This document shows positions 25,541-38,576 of a DNA stretch of 64,000 nucleotides, in pieces; positions within the stretch are counted from its first letter, which is position 1, and every line of letters begins with the position of its first letter. Source of the stretch: Octopus sinensis (Eukaryota); assembly GCF_006345805.1 (NCBI RefSeq), contig NC_043005.1, positions 65,596,001 to 65,660,000 of the forward strand, written 5' to 3'. Position numbers and translations under genes: made by a program. The notes beneath the pieces are model-generated. The model was given only the letters and a program-made list of their open reading frames with translations, ran no database searches and was not told where the DNA came from.

Positions 25541-25904
25541 ACAATTAAATAATTAAATTTAGAAAAATTAAAAGAAAAGTTTTTTTAAAAGAATATTTCC
25601 ATAGTATTCAAATACAAGTGGCATTTTCCTTGTTTCTGCCTGTTTCTCTCTCTCTCTTGTTTACTCCTGTGGGTTCGAGGTCGTTGTGAATTCTTGGTAG
25701 GGAAGAAGGAGGAGGATGCGGAGAAGGGGAAGAAGAAGAATTTGGGAGTGCCATGATAGTAGTATGTTGAATGGTCAGTGGATGGTAGCAGTTGCTGTTC
25801 AATTCATGAAGATATTTCTTTTGAGTGCTTTGTTTATAGAATTTGCGTAGGTGTTATTCTAAAAAGCATTAGCGATAAAGTTAGGAAGGAGAAGGAAGGA
25901 AACA

Positions 25905-26045
25905 AAGAAGAAGAAGAAGAAGAAGAAGAAGAAGAAGAAGAAGAAGAAGAAGAAAGAAGAAGAAGAAGAAGAAGAAGAAGAAGAAGAAGAAGAAGAAGAA
26001 GAAGGAAGAAGAAGAAGAAGAAGAGAGGAGGAGGAGGATGAGGAG
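25905..26045. repeat. (GAA)n/(GAG)n trinucleotide tract
   Basis: Directly visible. Confidence 0.95.
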
Positions 26046-26244
26046 AAGAAAGAGAAAGGAGAATAAGAATGTAGGTAGTGTGAAAGTAGTGAGGTGTTAA
26101 ATGACTTAAAATTGGCACGTTATGGATTATAGCAGTTATTGGGGCTGTTTTTTAATGAATTCTTGGGAATCTCTTGAGTGTATCATTTTTAATATTTGCG
26201 TGTGTATTTGTGTTATTCTAAGACCGTGATGGATATGTCGTTTG

Positions 26245-26745
26245 TCGTAGACGCGTTCAGAAGGGGCCTGTATTTTGTAATAAAGAGAGTTTCTTTACTA
26301 ATTCATTGGCTCCAGGTTGTATCGTCCCTGAATTGGTAAAGGGGAAAAATTCTGAAGTTTGGATTTTTGCTGGCGCAAATGTCTATGTGTTGGCTGAATG
26401 CTATTTTACTGTTTTGGGGAATTTTTATCTGGGATCTGTGCAGGGCCATTCTTTTACGTAGACTATTTTTTGTTTGGCCTATATATTGCTCTTGACACCC
26501 ATAGCAGGTTAGTGTTTATATCAGGTTCTCCGAAGTACATGTGAAGCTGCTTTTCACTGTGAAACTTTGTCCCTATTTGAAGGAGAACTATGATCTCTCA
26601 ATTAGATAATTGCATATCCCACAATTGGGTCTTCCACATTTTTTACTGACGGATTCTGTGTCGTTGTTGTTGAGCGTATTTGGGGCTTTGTGTTAGGAGA
26701 CTTTTCATAGATTTGGCTGTCTCTTGCTTTTTATGATGGTATATA
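26245..26745 (-). mobile_element. Penelope-like element, GIY-YIG endonuclease remnant
   Basis: Minus translation KSKRQP...KKCGRPNCGICNYLI...FTCTSENLIYTLTCYGCQEQYIGQTKNSLRKRMALHRSQI...KYRPLLN, with stops. Confidence 0.85.
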
Positions 26746-27302
26746 TATATATATTATATATTATATATCTATATAATATATATATATATATATATATATT
26801 ATATTACTAAGCAATAAAGGGTTTAGCAACGAATTGCCTTACCACATACCGAATTTAGAAATAGCAGTCAAAGAGTTATAGCTATTTCTTCTACTAAAAA
26901 GGGAGATCTCAGTAAAAACAGCAATTGGAAGGCAGACACAAACAGGTAAGAGAGAATGAATTGACGGCAATCTATCATACAATTTTAAGTTATCTACGGA
27001 CGTACGTTCGAAATCAAGTTTTTAGGAAAGCATAAGAATTAAATATTAAATAATTCTATCTTACCAAAACTTCTTTTCTCTTCAGCGTAGAATACTATAA
27101 TCATAAATGATTATATATTGAATTTTGAGATACTAGAAGGCACCAACTCACTCAGTATCAGAGCGAGCTAGAATCCGCAACTAGTATCACCAAATTCAAT
27201 GTGTGAATGAAAAGATTGTGTCACCAGCCCCTTCCCACCCGCGTGTAGCCAAAACAAGATGCTGTGGTCATCTACTGAGATAAAATATATATATTATATA
27301 TA

Positions 27303-27361
<59 letters not shown>

Positions 27362-27364
<3 letters not shown>

Positions 27365-27460
27365 GTAATCCCTCGACTATCTCGAGTGTTACGTTTCAAA
27401 ACTCCCCGTGATAGGTGAAAATCCGCAAAGTAGAAACAGTATTGTACTGAATATTTTCGT
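27362..27460 (+). mobile_element. Possible Tigger/pogo-type terminal fragment
   Basis: TA|TAGTAATCCCTCG...GTGATAGGTGAAAATCCGCAAAGTAG resembles Tigger-type left ends (from memory). Confidence 0.4.
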
Positions 27461-27570
27461 TTTTTCTTTTTTTTTTTTTTGGCATTTTTAAGATTTGTAT
27501 ATATTTATCTAACTATGCTGTTTCAAACGAAACAATGTCTATATGATGGGGCAATATTTATGCTGACCTT

Positions 27571-27771
27571 AAGGCGGCGAGCTGACAGAATCGTTATCTT
27601 CCTGGACGAAATGCTAAGCAGTATTTCGCATGTCGCTACGTTCTGAGTTCAAATTCCGCCAAGGTCGACTTTGCTTTTCATCCTTTCGGAGTCGATAAAT
27701 TAAATACCAGTTACGCACTAGGCTCGATGTAATCGGCTGGTCCCCTCCACCAAAATTTCAGGCCTTGAGCC

Positions 27772-27772
<1 letters not shown>
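27571..27772 (+). mobile_element. SINE family B (tail type 1) with (TTA)n tail to 27864
   Basis: AAGGCGGCGAGCTGACAGAA head, GAGTTCAAATTC B box, central TTTCATCCTTTCGG module, tail CAAAATTTCAGGCCTTG. Confidence 0.88.
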
Positions 27773-27840
<68 letters not shown>

Positions 27841-27864
27841 CGTTGTTGTTATTATTATTATTAT

Positions 27865-28130
27865 GTGGAGGTGCGTGGCTTAGTGGTTAGGGCGTCAGCA
27901 TCATGACCGTAAGATTGTGCTTTCGATTCCTGAACCGGGTGACGCGTTGTGTTCTTGAGCAAAACACTTCATTTCACACTGCTCCAGTCCACTCAGCTGG
28001 CAAAAATGAGTAATGCTGCGATGGACTGGCGTGCCGTCTAGCTGGGGAACACATACGCCATAGAAACCGGGAAACCAGGCCCATGAGCCTGGCTAGGCTT
28101 TGAAAAAGGTCGTATTTATTTATTTATTTT
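27865..28130 (+). mobile_element. SINE family C, full length
   Basis: GTGGAGGTGCGTGGCTTAGTGG...TTCGATTCC...GTGTTCTTGAGCAAAACAC...CCAGTCCACTCAGCTG. Confidence 0.88.
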
Positions 28131-28147
28131 ATTATTATTATTATTAT

Positions 28148-28315
28148 GCCTAGTGGTAATTTTTCTGTCGCTATGTTCTGAGTTCAAATTCCGCCGAGGT
28201 CAACTTTGCCATTTATTCTTTCGGAGTACCATTTGAGTACTGTGGTCGATATAATTAACTTACCATCCTCCAAATTTCAGACCTTGTACCTATAGTAGGA
28301 AGAATTACTATTATT
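28148..28315 (+). mobile_element. SINE family B, 5'-truncated (tail type 1)
   Basis: GTTCTGAGTTCAAATTCCGCCGAGGTCAACTTTGCC...AAATTTCAGACCTTGTACCTATAG. Confidence 0.8.
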
Positions 28316-28664
28316 ATCGATTTGACCCGGGTTCGTACTTATTCCTGGTAAATTGATGTGGGTAGTAGGTCACTACCTGTAGCCTTAGGTATCCACAATA
28401 TTTCAATTGTCTTTCAAATAGTTTTTCAAATACTTGAAACCCTCTTGATTATCTTTCCTGTCCCTAAAGAAGCAAATTTTCTGTGGAAGGTCTACAGGAC
28501 ATTGTATTCCAATCTACTTCAACTAGTTGACTATATCTTTGCTTACAATTCCCAACGCACCAATTATTATAGGCACAACATTTACTGTTTTCATGTTCTA
28601 AATTCTTGCAATTTCAAATTTTTAAGTGATTGTACTCTTTCTTTTTGTTCTATCGTCGTCTTTA

Positions 28665-28714
<50 letters not shown>

Positions 28715-28821
28715 CATCATCATCATCATCATCAACAGCAGCAGCAGCATTATTATTATTATTATTATATTATTATTATTATTATTATTATATTATTATT
28801 ATTATCATTATTATTATTATT

Positions 28822-29045
28822 AAGGTGGTGAGCTAGTAGAATTGTTAGCACGTCCAGTAAAATGTTTAGCGGCATTTCGTCCGTCTTCACGTTCTGTGTT
28901 CAAATTCCGCCGAGGTTGATATTGCCTTTCATCCTTTTGGGGTCAATAAATTGAATGCTAATGAAACACTTGGGTCGATGTAATCGACTAACCCCCTCCC
29001 TCCAAATTTCAGGCCTTATGCCAATGATAGAAAGGATTATCATTA
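28822..29045 (+). mobile_element. SINE family B (tail type 1), preceded by compound (TTA)/(TCA)/(GCA) tract 28667-28821
   Basis: Full head, central module and tail. Confidence 0.85.
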
Positions 29046-29555
29046 TGCAGTGAGAGAGTAATGCATGCCATCAAATTGACACTGGGCTACAAATATACGA
29101 AGCCCAATATACTCATCATGAGTACCCGTCACATAAGGGTACATCAGGCACATGCATCACAACCATATCTGTGCGACATGGTGATCTCATATCGAGATAA
29201 ACAGCGCATGAGCTTGTAGGTGGGGCCAAGTTAGAAATTTTTTCAGGTCAAGTAGCCCAACCGCCCAAAAGGTCACTGAATAAGGTTTGCTTAAGGATGA
29301 TGAACGAAACACACGTTACGAGAATTATCCAAAACCCTAAAAATTCCTCTCAACACGTGGCTATGATGTTCCCCCACTACTTCTGCTCGTGATCAGAGAT
29401 GTACATATCGTCAGCCACTAAAGGACATGCTCAACTGGTTATGGTCAAACAACTGACAAGTAAATCTGTGGTACTGAGTAGAATATTTGCTAAATAATTT
29501 CTAACCATTAATTTTTACTGCCTTGATTTCTAAATTCGCCTGCCGATGTCCTCTA

Positions 29556-30513
29556 CGGAGTGCGTAAGATATTCGAGGACAGATTAATGTTTATAAAAAG
29601 ACATATATAATAACAGATAACTTTATTTATCAAAAAATGTTATGAGGATAAAAATAAACCTTTTCTTTAATGTTATTCAATAAAGCTACCTTCAGCTTCA
29701 ACAACTGCTTCTATACGAGACCTAAATCATCTACACACTCGAATCCACTGGTCCTGGTTCATTTTGGACATTACTCTGACTATGGCAGCTTTCAAAGAAT
29801 CTTTGGTGTTATGGGCGTGTTCATTGATCTATCTCTCAACAACGCTCCACATGTAATAGTCCAATGGTTTGAGATCTGGGGGATTAGGATGCAAAATGTT
29901 AGGGGGTTACGTGATCATGAAAATTTTCAACCACCCATTCCTGTGTTACTAGAGCCATGTGGTATAGTGCAGAGACTTACTGAAACGCATATGGCCTTCT
30001 ATTGCATACACTGTGTATCCAGGGCTTAACAATTATTTCCAAGAATTCAATGTAGGCGGCAGAGTTAACTCATCACATAAGACTTATGTCTGTCTTCGTG
30101 GACAACATTACTGACTTCCTTCTGACACATGGAGGTCTTTTGCAATTGATCTCATGGACTTTCTGGGATTGTAATCAATAGTCTGTTGAATTTTCTAAAT
30201 AAATTGAGGTGTTCTGATGATTTCAGAGCGTTTAGAATGCTTTATATGCTTCGATACTGGTGATACGTTTCCATCTTCAGTCTCCAGCTCCTTACAAATT
30301 TTGTAGACGAAAGATCTGGCAACTTTTAAAGATCGAGATGTTTCTAAATCACTATGCTCAGCATTTATAACCACAATAACAGCAAGCCTCTTCATTTCTT
30401 GAGTAAGCCGAGGGTCTGCCGTTATTATTTTCCGAAACAAAGATAATATAGTGTTAGCAAAAATGCAGCAATGGCCAAAAAAAGGTATGTCCTCAAATTG
30501 TTTACGCACCCTG
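29556..30513 (-). mobile_element. Tc1/mariner DD37D-type transposon, internally deleted, both TIRs present
   Basis: TIRs C(A/G)G(G/A)GTGCGTAA flanked by TA. N-terminal EMKRLAVIV...SFVYKICKEL; C-terminal PDLKPLDYYMWSVVER...RSRIEAVVEAEGSFIE. Confidence 0.88.
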
Positions 30514-30930
30514 TATTCTTGTGTATTTTATTGTTTCTCATCTAGTTATATATATTGTTTTTCAGACCAATTATTCATGTTCATTCAAAATTATATTTGT
30601 GTATCTGTTTTTCTTTATAGCATCAATGCACCGACCGTCTGTATGATGCTGGAGCATTTACAACAGCCATGAAGTAGCTTGAGGTTAAAATTTACTTTTC
30701 TTTCAATTATCATGTTCTCTGACGCGTTGTAGTCGGATAATCTTTCTGCTGTATTTTCTCTTGAGAAAACACAGTTGCATCTATAAAAATCCATGCATTT
30801 CTGCATATCATTGTTATAATTTATAATATGATTCTATTTGAAGAAACGTACAGAATATTTATTTCGAGGTTCCTCTTTATTTTTAAGTCGGAGTGATGGT
30901 AAACAGACAAGCAAGAAAATTTGACTGGTT

Positions 30931-31245
30931 AAGGCGGCGAGCTAGTAGAATCGAAGAAAATACCAAGCAGTAACTGTTACAGATTTTTACGTTCTGTGTT
31001 TAAATCTCACCGAAGTCGACTTTGTCTTTCATCATTTAGGGGTTAATAAAATAAAGTACCTGTCAAGTACTGGGATCGATGTAATTGACCTGTCCCTCCC
31101 TTCTTAACCGATGACCTTGTACAAATATTAAAGAGAATAAGACAAGCTAACAGAATCGTAAGCATGAAATACAAAATGCTTAGCGGCATTTCTTCTGACC
31201 CTTTACGATTTGAATTCAAATTCCGCAGAGGTCGACTTTGACTCT
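30931..31245 (+). mobile_element. Two tandem decayed SINE family B copies
   Basis: AAGGCGGCGAGCTAG...GTCGACTTTGTCTTTCATC, then a second head GCTAACAGAATCGT...CAAATTCCGCAGAGGTCGACTTTG. Confidence 0.75.
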
Positions 31246-31755
31246 CGTAATGTAGAGACATATTTTTTATTCTTCGAAACAGTTTATTTAAGTTTTATCA
31301 AATGGAAATTTCTTTGAAATACTTATAAAAATAACTGTAATTACCCATGATGAGGCTACCCTCGATACCCAGGGTAGGCGACAGAAAACAAAGAGGTTTG
31401 TAATTTACACTCATTGCATTTTCATATCCTCAATGCAATGACTCCCCCAAAGAATTATGCTATAAGACTAAACGCTACAATGGGAAAAACATCACAAAAT
31501 CAAAATTTAAAGCTAAATGTACAAGAGGAAGAAGAAAATAAACATTTTAGTGAACAATTAAAAGAAGATATCCCAAATACCTGAATAAGTTACCTTGAAA
31601 ACAGCAACAGTCATAACAATAGTGGTAACGACTCCCGTATACAATTAATTATTGTGTCCTATTCATTAAGCAATTGTGTGAAGGCATACTTTCCGTTAAT
31701 GAAATATGAATTAATTGAATTTTTAGACCTATCACAGTTACATGAAAAAGATTTA

Positions 31756-32160
31756 AGGTGCAGGAGTGGCTGTGTGGTAAGTAGCTTGCTTACCAGCTAC
31801 ATAGTTCCAGGTTCAGTCCCACTGCTTGGAACCTTGGGCAAGTGTCTTCTACTATAGCCTCGGGCCAACCACAGCCTTGTGAGTGGATTTGGTAGAGGGA
31901 AACTGAAAGAAGCCCGTCGTATATATGTATATGTATATAAATATATATATGGGGGGTGCGTTTGTCTCCCCAACATCACTTGACAACCGATGCTGGTGTG
32001 TTTCCGTCCCCACAACTTAGCACTTCGGTAAAAGAGACCGATAAAATAAGTACTAGACTTACAAAGAATAAGTCCTGGGGTCGATTTGCTCGACTAAAGG
32101 CGGTGCTCCAGCATGGCCGCAATCAAATGACTGAAACAAGTAAAAGAATAAAAAGTAAAG
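31756..32160 (+). mobile_element. SINE family A, full length
   Basis: Near-identical to the 6164 and 62787 copies. Confidence 0.92.
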
Positions 32161-32164
32161 AGAG

Positions 32165-33090
32165 TAGGAGAATTTCGTAAAACTGAAAAGCATTTCTTGC
32201 TAATTTCTTTGCTAATCCAAGAAATGGCAAAGAGAAAAATTATATATCTCCTCTTACAAAGATATGGAAGTAGACAAAATGTCCCTCACGTCAAGTAATA
32301 TAACAAGCACTTCAGGAATATTCAAAGAAGTTCTTTCCATTGATAACGGCAAACGTTATGACATTTGATACACCTCTAAAACTGAAAATACAAACAAAAT
32401 AGGCTGAAATTGTGAGACATATCTCTGCCTATTCATTTGTGCTTTCAGTATATGGGTAAAGACATTCAAAAGTCCTAATAAGAGACATAAGAAACGACTT
32501 ATATCCATGGTTAGCAGTGATTTTTGTATCGCGGTACGGGATGGAGCGATAGGGTTAGTCAAAGCATGCTTAGTGAAAGTTGACCTGTGGTGAAGTGACT
32601 TCAAAATGGATTTACATGTCCTAATAACAACGGAAGATCACAGATCCATACCATAACTGTAGAAAGCGCTGAGACAAAGGAATAAGAATAATAACACAAG
32701 CTTCGAATCTATATTTGTCGGAATAAAACTCACGTTAGAGCTGAATACCTGAAGGACTAAAAACAAACAAAAAACAAGAAAGAAAAACTAGAAAAAGAAA
32801 ATTAATAAAAATAAGCAGCAAGAACCAAAAAACTAGAGCACCGCCAGAGCACCACCAGCCAAAACACTAGAAACTGATGAGCAACTATCCCGTTCCCTAA
32901 CAATATCAAGCTGTAGTACCACGCCTTCATGTTATGATGAGAAAGAAATAATAATTACAGAAGAAAATTTCAAATGGTTGATGAAAATACAAAAAGGGAA
33001 AATTTACAGAAGAAAACAACATAAAGCAACAAAAATAGGTGAGAGGGAACGATTTCGTCGAAACGACAACGAAATCTATCCTCAACAAAA
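32165..33090 (+). pseudogene. Possible decayed LINE ORF1 (gag-like) remnant
   Basis: Reading frame fragments KVLIRDIRNDLYPWLAVIFVSRYG... and a degenerate knuckle ICRNKTHVRAE, followed by a Lys/Gln-rich region. Confidence 0.35.
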
Positions 33091-33249
33091 TATTGAGTAT
33101 TCTGTAGATATGACCTGGAATTCGATAAGTCTAGTCGGTAGCTGCTTTGTGAAATTTTGGGACCTAACTCTTCAATCCACCGCTGACTGGAGGACTAAGA
33201 ATGCTATGGCTAACGATACACACACATCCGTTGAGACTGAGGCTACAGC

Positions 33250-34560
33250 ATTTCCAGTGTTTCCTTGACAGTGAGGCAAGTGTTGTCGTCTTTTGTCAAA
33301 CTCGCTTTTCCGCCGTTCGTTTCTGTCACAGAACTGCAGTCTTGAATCAAGCTTAGACCGAGGCAGAGTGCTTGATACTCAGAGTGTCATCAGGATCTCA
33401 CATCCCTTTGCCTGATGTTTTATAGAGATTTAATGGCTAGCCCAACACAATCCAGGTGTACATCCAGGATGGTGTTTCAGTCGACCACTAGCACTAAAAA
33501 GCGGGACTTTCCCAGGAAAATCTCCTGGGGCCTGAAAAACTAGCCACCATGCCCTGGTCGGGGTTTACACGACGACTAGCCTTAAGGTACTACCTTCGCT
33601 ACTGTACACATTCATAACCAATAACATACCGTCTGGGTTCAGGAAGTTCAAAATCCAGGCCTTTCCGAAACAGCATCGCCATCTTGCCCTGTATTTCCAG
33701 GTCGAGTAAGAGATATGAAGATCTCAAAATAGCTAAAAGTGGTTACTAAGAAGTATGTGCCAGAAATCCTTCTGTCACTGATGGTCATCGCATTCAGACC
33801 TCGTGACCTGATATCATTGAACTCAGGGTGACCCCAGGTCACGTCCATTTGTACACCTCACTCTCAGAGCTGCCATGCTGGTAGAAAAGGGAGAGAAAAT
33901 GAGCTTGCTTATATGACCATTTGGTGGGCAATAGACTGGGTGACTTGGACTTTATGAAACTGAAAAGTTCTTTAGACACCTACGGCTAGAGACATACAAA
34001 ACAATGAGGGGTAATTTTCCCCAATGGCGTGGCAACCCCATCGTAAGGACCAGCAGTTTTGTGGTACTAGCAGGTCCTGAAGATCCATGCCTCTTTTTCA
34101 ATGTTTTCCTTTTGTGCGATAAGGGACATCAGCTTTTGATTTGTATTCTTTTCAGCAAAAACACTGGGGTGGTTGTATTTTGTTGACACTGTGTTTGTGG
34201 GCCTCTTTGCTGGTACCGTTCTTCTGCGTTACCTCTTTGTTGAGGTGAGTGTTGGTGATGTAGGTGGTGGAGTTGTGATTTTTTCCGTGTTTCGTGTGGT
34301 TATAGTTTAGGTGATGCTGTCATGATTGTGGGATTCGTTTTGAGGAAGCATAGCATTTCCTTTTAAAGTTTATTGTTTTTCTTTTGTTTTTATTTTCTTG
34401 GTTGCCCTTTCTCCTTGCAAGACAATTTTTCTACGTCAGAATGATCTGATGCAAGTGAGGATGAAGACCTGTTTTTGCATGTGTCCATGTATATGTTTGT
34501 GTTTGAAAGAGCGGAAGAGAGAAAGCGAGTAGGATGGAAATTTTCCTGGGTGATAGGCTT
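33250..34560 (-). mobile_element. Tx1/L1-clade LINE internal fragment: ORF1 C-terminus plus APE endonuclease N-terminus, decayed
   Basis: Minus translations YHKTAGPYDGVATP, NDIRSRGLNAMTISDRRI, FLNPDGMLLVMNV, LRLVVV.TP, LVLVVD.NTILD (the GDWN motif of APE). Confidence 0.7.
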
Positions 34561-35489
34561 TGGTTCAGTTGTTAGTGGTCTTGCTGTCACTGTAGTTGTT
34601 GATACTGCTGTCACTTAACTACTTAAACGAGTAGTTGTCACAGCTGTTTTAAGCGGTTTTCAGCACCACAAAAGTGGCATCTTGGCTTCTACCCTTATCT
34701 GCAACAAATAGCTCTACACCTTTGGGCAGGCGAATAAGGTCTAGGACATTTCTACATCTTCCAGTTTGCTCTGAAGGTGGATCTCCAGTGTTGTTACAAG
34801 CCAAAACGCCCGCTTAGTTCGTTGTACATCACAGAAGGTGATGCCGCCCTCCAGGACAAAACAGGCCAAAACAGGATATCCAACAGTAATGGAATTCACT
34901 CTATTTTAACACGACAGGTAATTCTTCCTAAATACGTCAGACAATTTGTATATCAACTATGGAGTGCTCAGTATGAAGTCCGCATTCTTAAAAAATACTT
35001 CCACTCTTCCGAACAACCTTGGCCTATATTTCTTTGAAGCTTTTACAATCTGGGTGTGAATTGCTACTTCTGATCGTCGGATTTTCACCGACGCTCAGAG
35101 ATATAACACCGTTTTCTGGGCAGTTGCTGCCAAGACCTCAGCTGGAATTTCAACTGTGTCAGATATTCCTCCTTGTAGTTTAGGAGAGCGAAAATTATTT
35201 TGTTGACTTCGACGCCATGCCTGCAAAAGATTACATGGCCGTGGGGTTGCTCCTATCACTTAGTGTGACGTCATCGTTATTCATGTGATTATCACTGTTG
35301 TTGCTGTTCTTGTTGTTGATGTAGTTGTTACTGTTTTCGTTCCTTTCGTTGTTAATGTTGTCACTGCTGTAGTTGTTGTTGCTGATGTTGTTGCTATCGT
35401 TATTAATACTGTTGTTGTTGTTGTTGTTAATGGTGCTGTTGTTGCTATCACTATTGTTGTCGTCACTGGTGATTTTTTTGGTTATAGCT

Positions 35490-37360
35490 GTTGTTGTAAT
35501 AATGCTCCCTGGAGTACCGACTCCACCGCATGACCTGATCGAGGCGACATGTAGCAGAATACTGCCTCTATCAAGAAGGTATGCTCTCTTTCGGCTACCA
35601 CTTTAATTGTATGATGGTTCTCCTCGATGATTCTATTTCCTCTTGTATCTGAAAGCGGTTCTAAAGTAGCGCCCAACTCTCCACTTACCCTGCATCTCAC
35701 TGAGAGAGATAAGGCGCTGTGGGCAACAGCTCCGCGTTTCTGAAACACGAAACTGATGTCCATCAGCACCTTATCCATTGGCCCATTCTCCAGAAATATC
35801 AAGTTCAAAACACTAGTAATTTCAACTGTCCTAAATTTCCTCTCTGTAGCTTCTCACTCGGGCCAACAGCCAATCATTGTGAGATACAACCCTTGCCGAT
35901 AGTACGTCACATCTACCGCAAACCTCTTCCAACTGCTTCTCACTCAGGTTTCCCCACCCCCTCTCAAACACAGTGTAGTATTGATTGACTAACACCAGTC
36001 ACCACATCAAGCCACTCTTCCTAGTGACATCAGGGTCATCCTTTCAGTCCAAAAGCAATGTTATTTCCAATCTATGTGATGCATATCATGGTTCCTCTTC
36101 AACTCCGGTTCCTCCACACTCACCCCGGTTTTCCTCACCCTAGTAAAAATATCGGTTTTATTTTTCTCTGAGGACATAATGACTACTCGCAGCTGCAGTT
36201 CAAAATCCTTGATCAAGTTTCTTAAGATGCCCAGATGTCGCTTTACAATCATTTCTGCGGCTCCCTTTAGTCTTCAGCTCCAGATGCTTACCTTCCCACA
36301 GCTATTCGACTATCCATCTTTTCCCCTCAAACACTGCATATAAATTCTTTGTCCTGAAACTTACAAGGAACATCCATTCTTTTTTCTCCTGGCTCATTTT
36401 AACAATTCCACAGTTCTGGTTCTTCTGCTGCACACTCAAGGCACACCATACACCTCCAAACACTTTCCTTCACCAAAAAGCACGCTTTCCAAACTTCTGA
36501 TTACATCCATCCATTTCGCTACATCAATCCCTTCAACAATGTATTCTGTTACGATCACTTTGACCCTTAATCGCTTTCTGTGTACTCTCAACCAGCAGAC
36601 TGGTACCCTTATTACTCGCTACCTCCAATCAAATGCTCTTAAACTGCTCATCCCATTCCTGCTATCCATCAACCTTAATGTTATGAGGATGATTGTGTAA
36701 GCTGTATCGATCAGGACCATCATCATGCTTTTTTTTCCCATTAGAACTTTCACCACGGGCAGGGACAAAAAGTACGTCCCTACTTGATTGAAGGGACAGA
36801 TACCAGCTCTCTCTTCAACCAAGTCTCCCCACTTTACTTTGTTTCCGTAACTGCAGTGGATCGCCTGGATAAAGTGGGCTCTTTGCAGTCTCTGACAATG
36901 TGCAGCCTGTGACATTCGAAGCACTGCTCCTTGAAAACTCGCACTCGCTCGCTTTTCTCTTCTGATCTCATGCTTCTTTCAACTAGCCTTCTCCTTGCAC
37001 CCTGCTCCACGGTAGTCACTGCCGCAATGCTTTGTGCACTCTTGGATCTAATCACTAAATAATCCAGTAGCCATGATCCCGATATCCCGCGACTGTGTAG
37101 CTATATTGAAATGTGATCGGGGAAGCTAGTCACAAACGCCAGCTTGACTGACCTCCCCAGCCCTTCTCCAGTGTATCCAGCCATTCAAACCAACCTCGTT
37201 GGTGAACAAGTTAACGAACACATCCACTTATTCCTTGGTTTATTTAGTTCAACCTAGCCTCCCGTAAATCACAAACATTAATCTGTAAAAGCTTCTTTTA
37301 ACCTGGCTTCTTTTCTTCCTGCATCAAACTAGCTTCTTCGCTTATCTGTAAATGCGGCGC
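35490..37360 (-). mobile_element. Gypsy-type LTR retrotransposon internal remnant (gag knuckle, protease, integrase; RT/RNase H largely missing)
   Basis: CFECHRLHIVRDC (zinc knuckle), VLIDTAYT (protease D-T/S-G-like), HDMHH (integrase HHCC start), GPMDKVLMD and GNRIIEENHHTIK (integrase core). Order is gag-PR-IN. Confidence 0.75.
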
Positions 37361-37933
37361 CAACGCTATCTCCTCTAAATATGGCGGCATAAACTCGCTA
37401 ATACCCGTTAATACCCTACGGTTTCGTTCATATCCTATAGATCGTTAATAGCTTGAAGTTTCGCGACCTGCTTAACCGTCTTCACATATGCAACCGCATT
37501 TCTCTCACCAATAAACAGTCTTATAGATCGCTAGCGATTATTTCAATGTTAGACATGTTACCACAGTTATGAGCAGAAGTAGTTTGTGATGAGAATAAAG
37601 CGAACACAGGTTAAAGAAAAAAGTAAAAATTAAAAAATTCATCTTTTCCTTAATCACAGAAGAAAGAGGAGCAGGTTACACCGCAAAAAGAAACAGAAGG
37701 AACATCTACTCGACGTGGAGACCGTTTTTTTCTTCCTTGATCCTCTCTCACTCTCTCTTTCTATCTATCTATCTATCTATCTCTATCTCTACCTCTTTCC
37801 CTCTCTCTACCCCCTCCTCCCTCTCTCTCTATCCCCTTCCTCCCTCTCCCTCTACCGGCACAATGGCAACACCTTCATCTGGTAAGAAAAGGAGATTGCT
37901 AAATGCATCTCGCAACCTGTAATCTTATCCCCT

Positions 37934-38265
<332 letters not shown>

Positions 38266-38482
38266 TCCTATCTTTTATAAACAAAAGGCCTGAATTATGG
38301 GGGGAAGGTGGGGGCTAGTCGATTACATCGACCTCAATGCTCGACTGGTACTTTATTAATTGACCCCGAATAGATGAAAGACAAAGTCGACCTCGGCGGA
38401 ATTTAAACTCATAACGTAAAGATGGACGAAACACAGCTAAGCATTATGTCTGGCATGCTAACGCTTCTGCCGGCTTTCCACC

Positions 38483-38483
<1 letters not shown>
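38266..38483 (-). mobile_element. SINE family B (tail type 1)
   Basis: Reverse complement of head, central module (GATGAAAGACAAAGTCGACCTCGGCGGAATTT on plus) and tail. Confidence 0.82.

Positions 38484-38576
<93 letters not shown>

Noticed and set aside
29050-29495. Complex segment that looks like an interspersed repeat
   Set aside because: Single copy in this window with no diagnostic ends or coding motif; cannot be classified from sequence alone.
34600-37730. LTR pair and primer-binding site for the Gypsy remnant (TGGCGCCG on minus near 37355)
   Set aside because: No direct repeat found between the two flanks and no TG...CA boundary, so the PBS could not be anchored.
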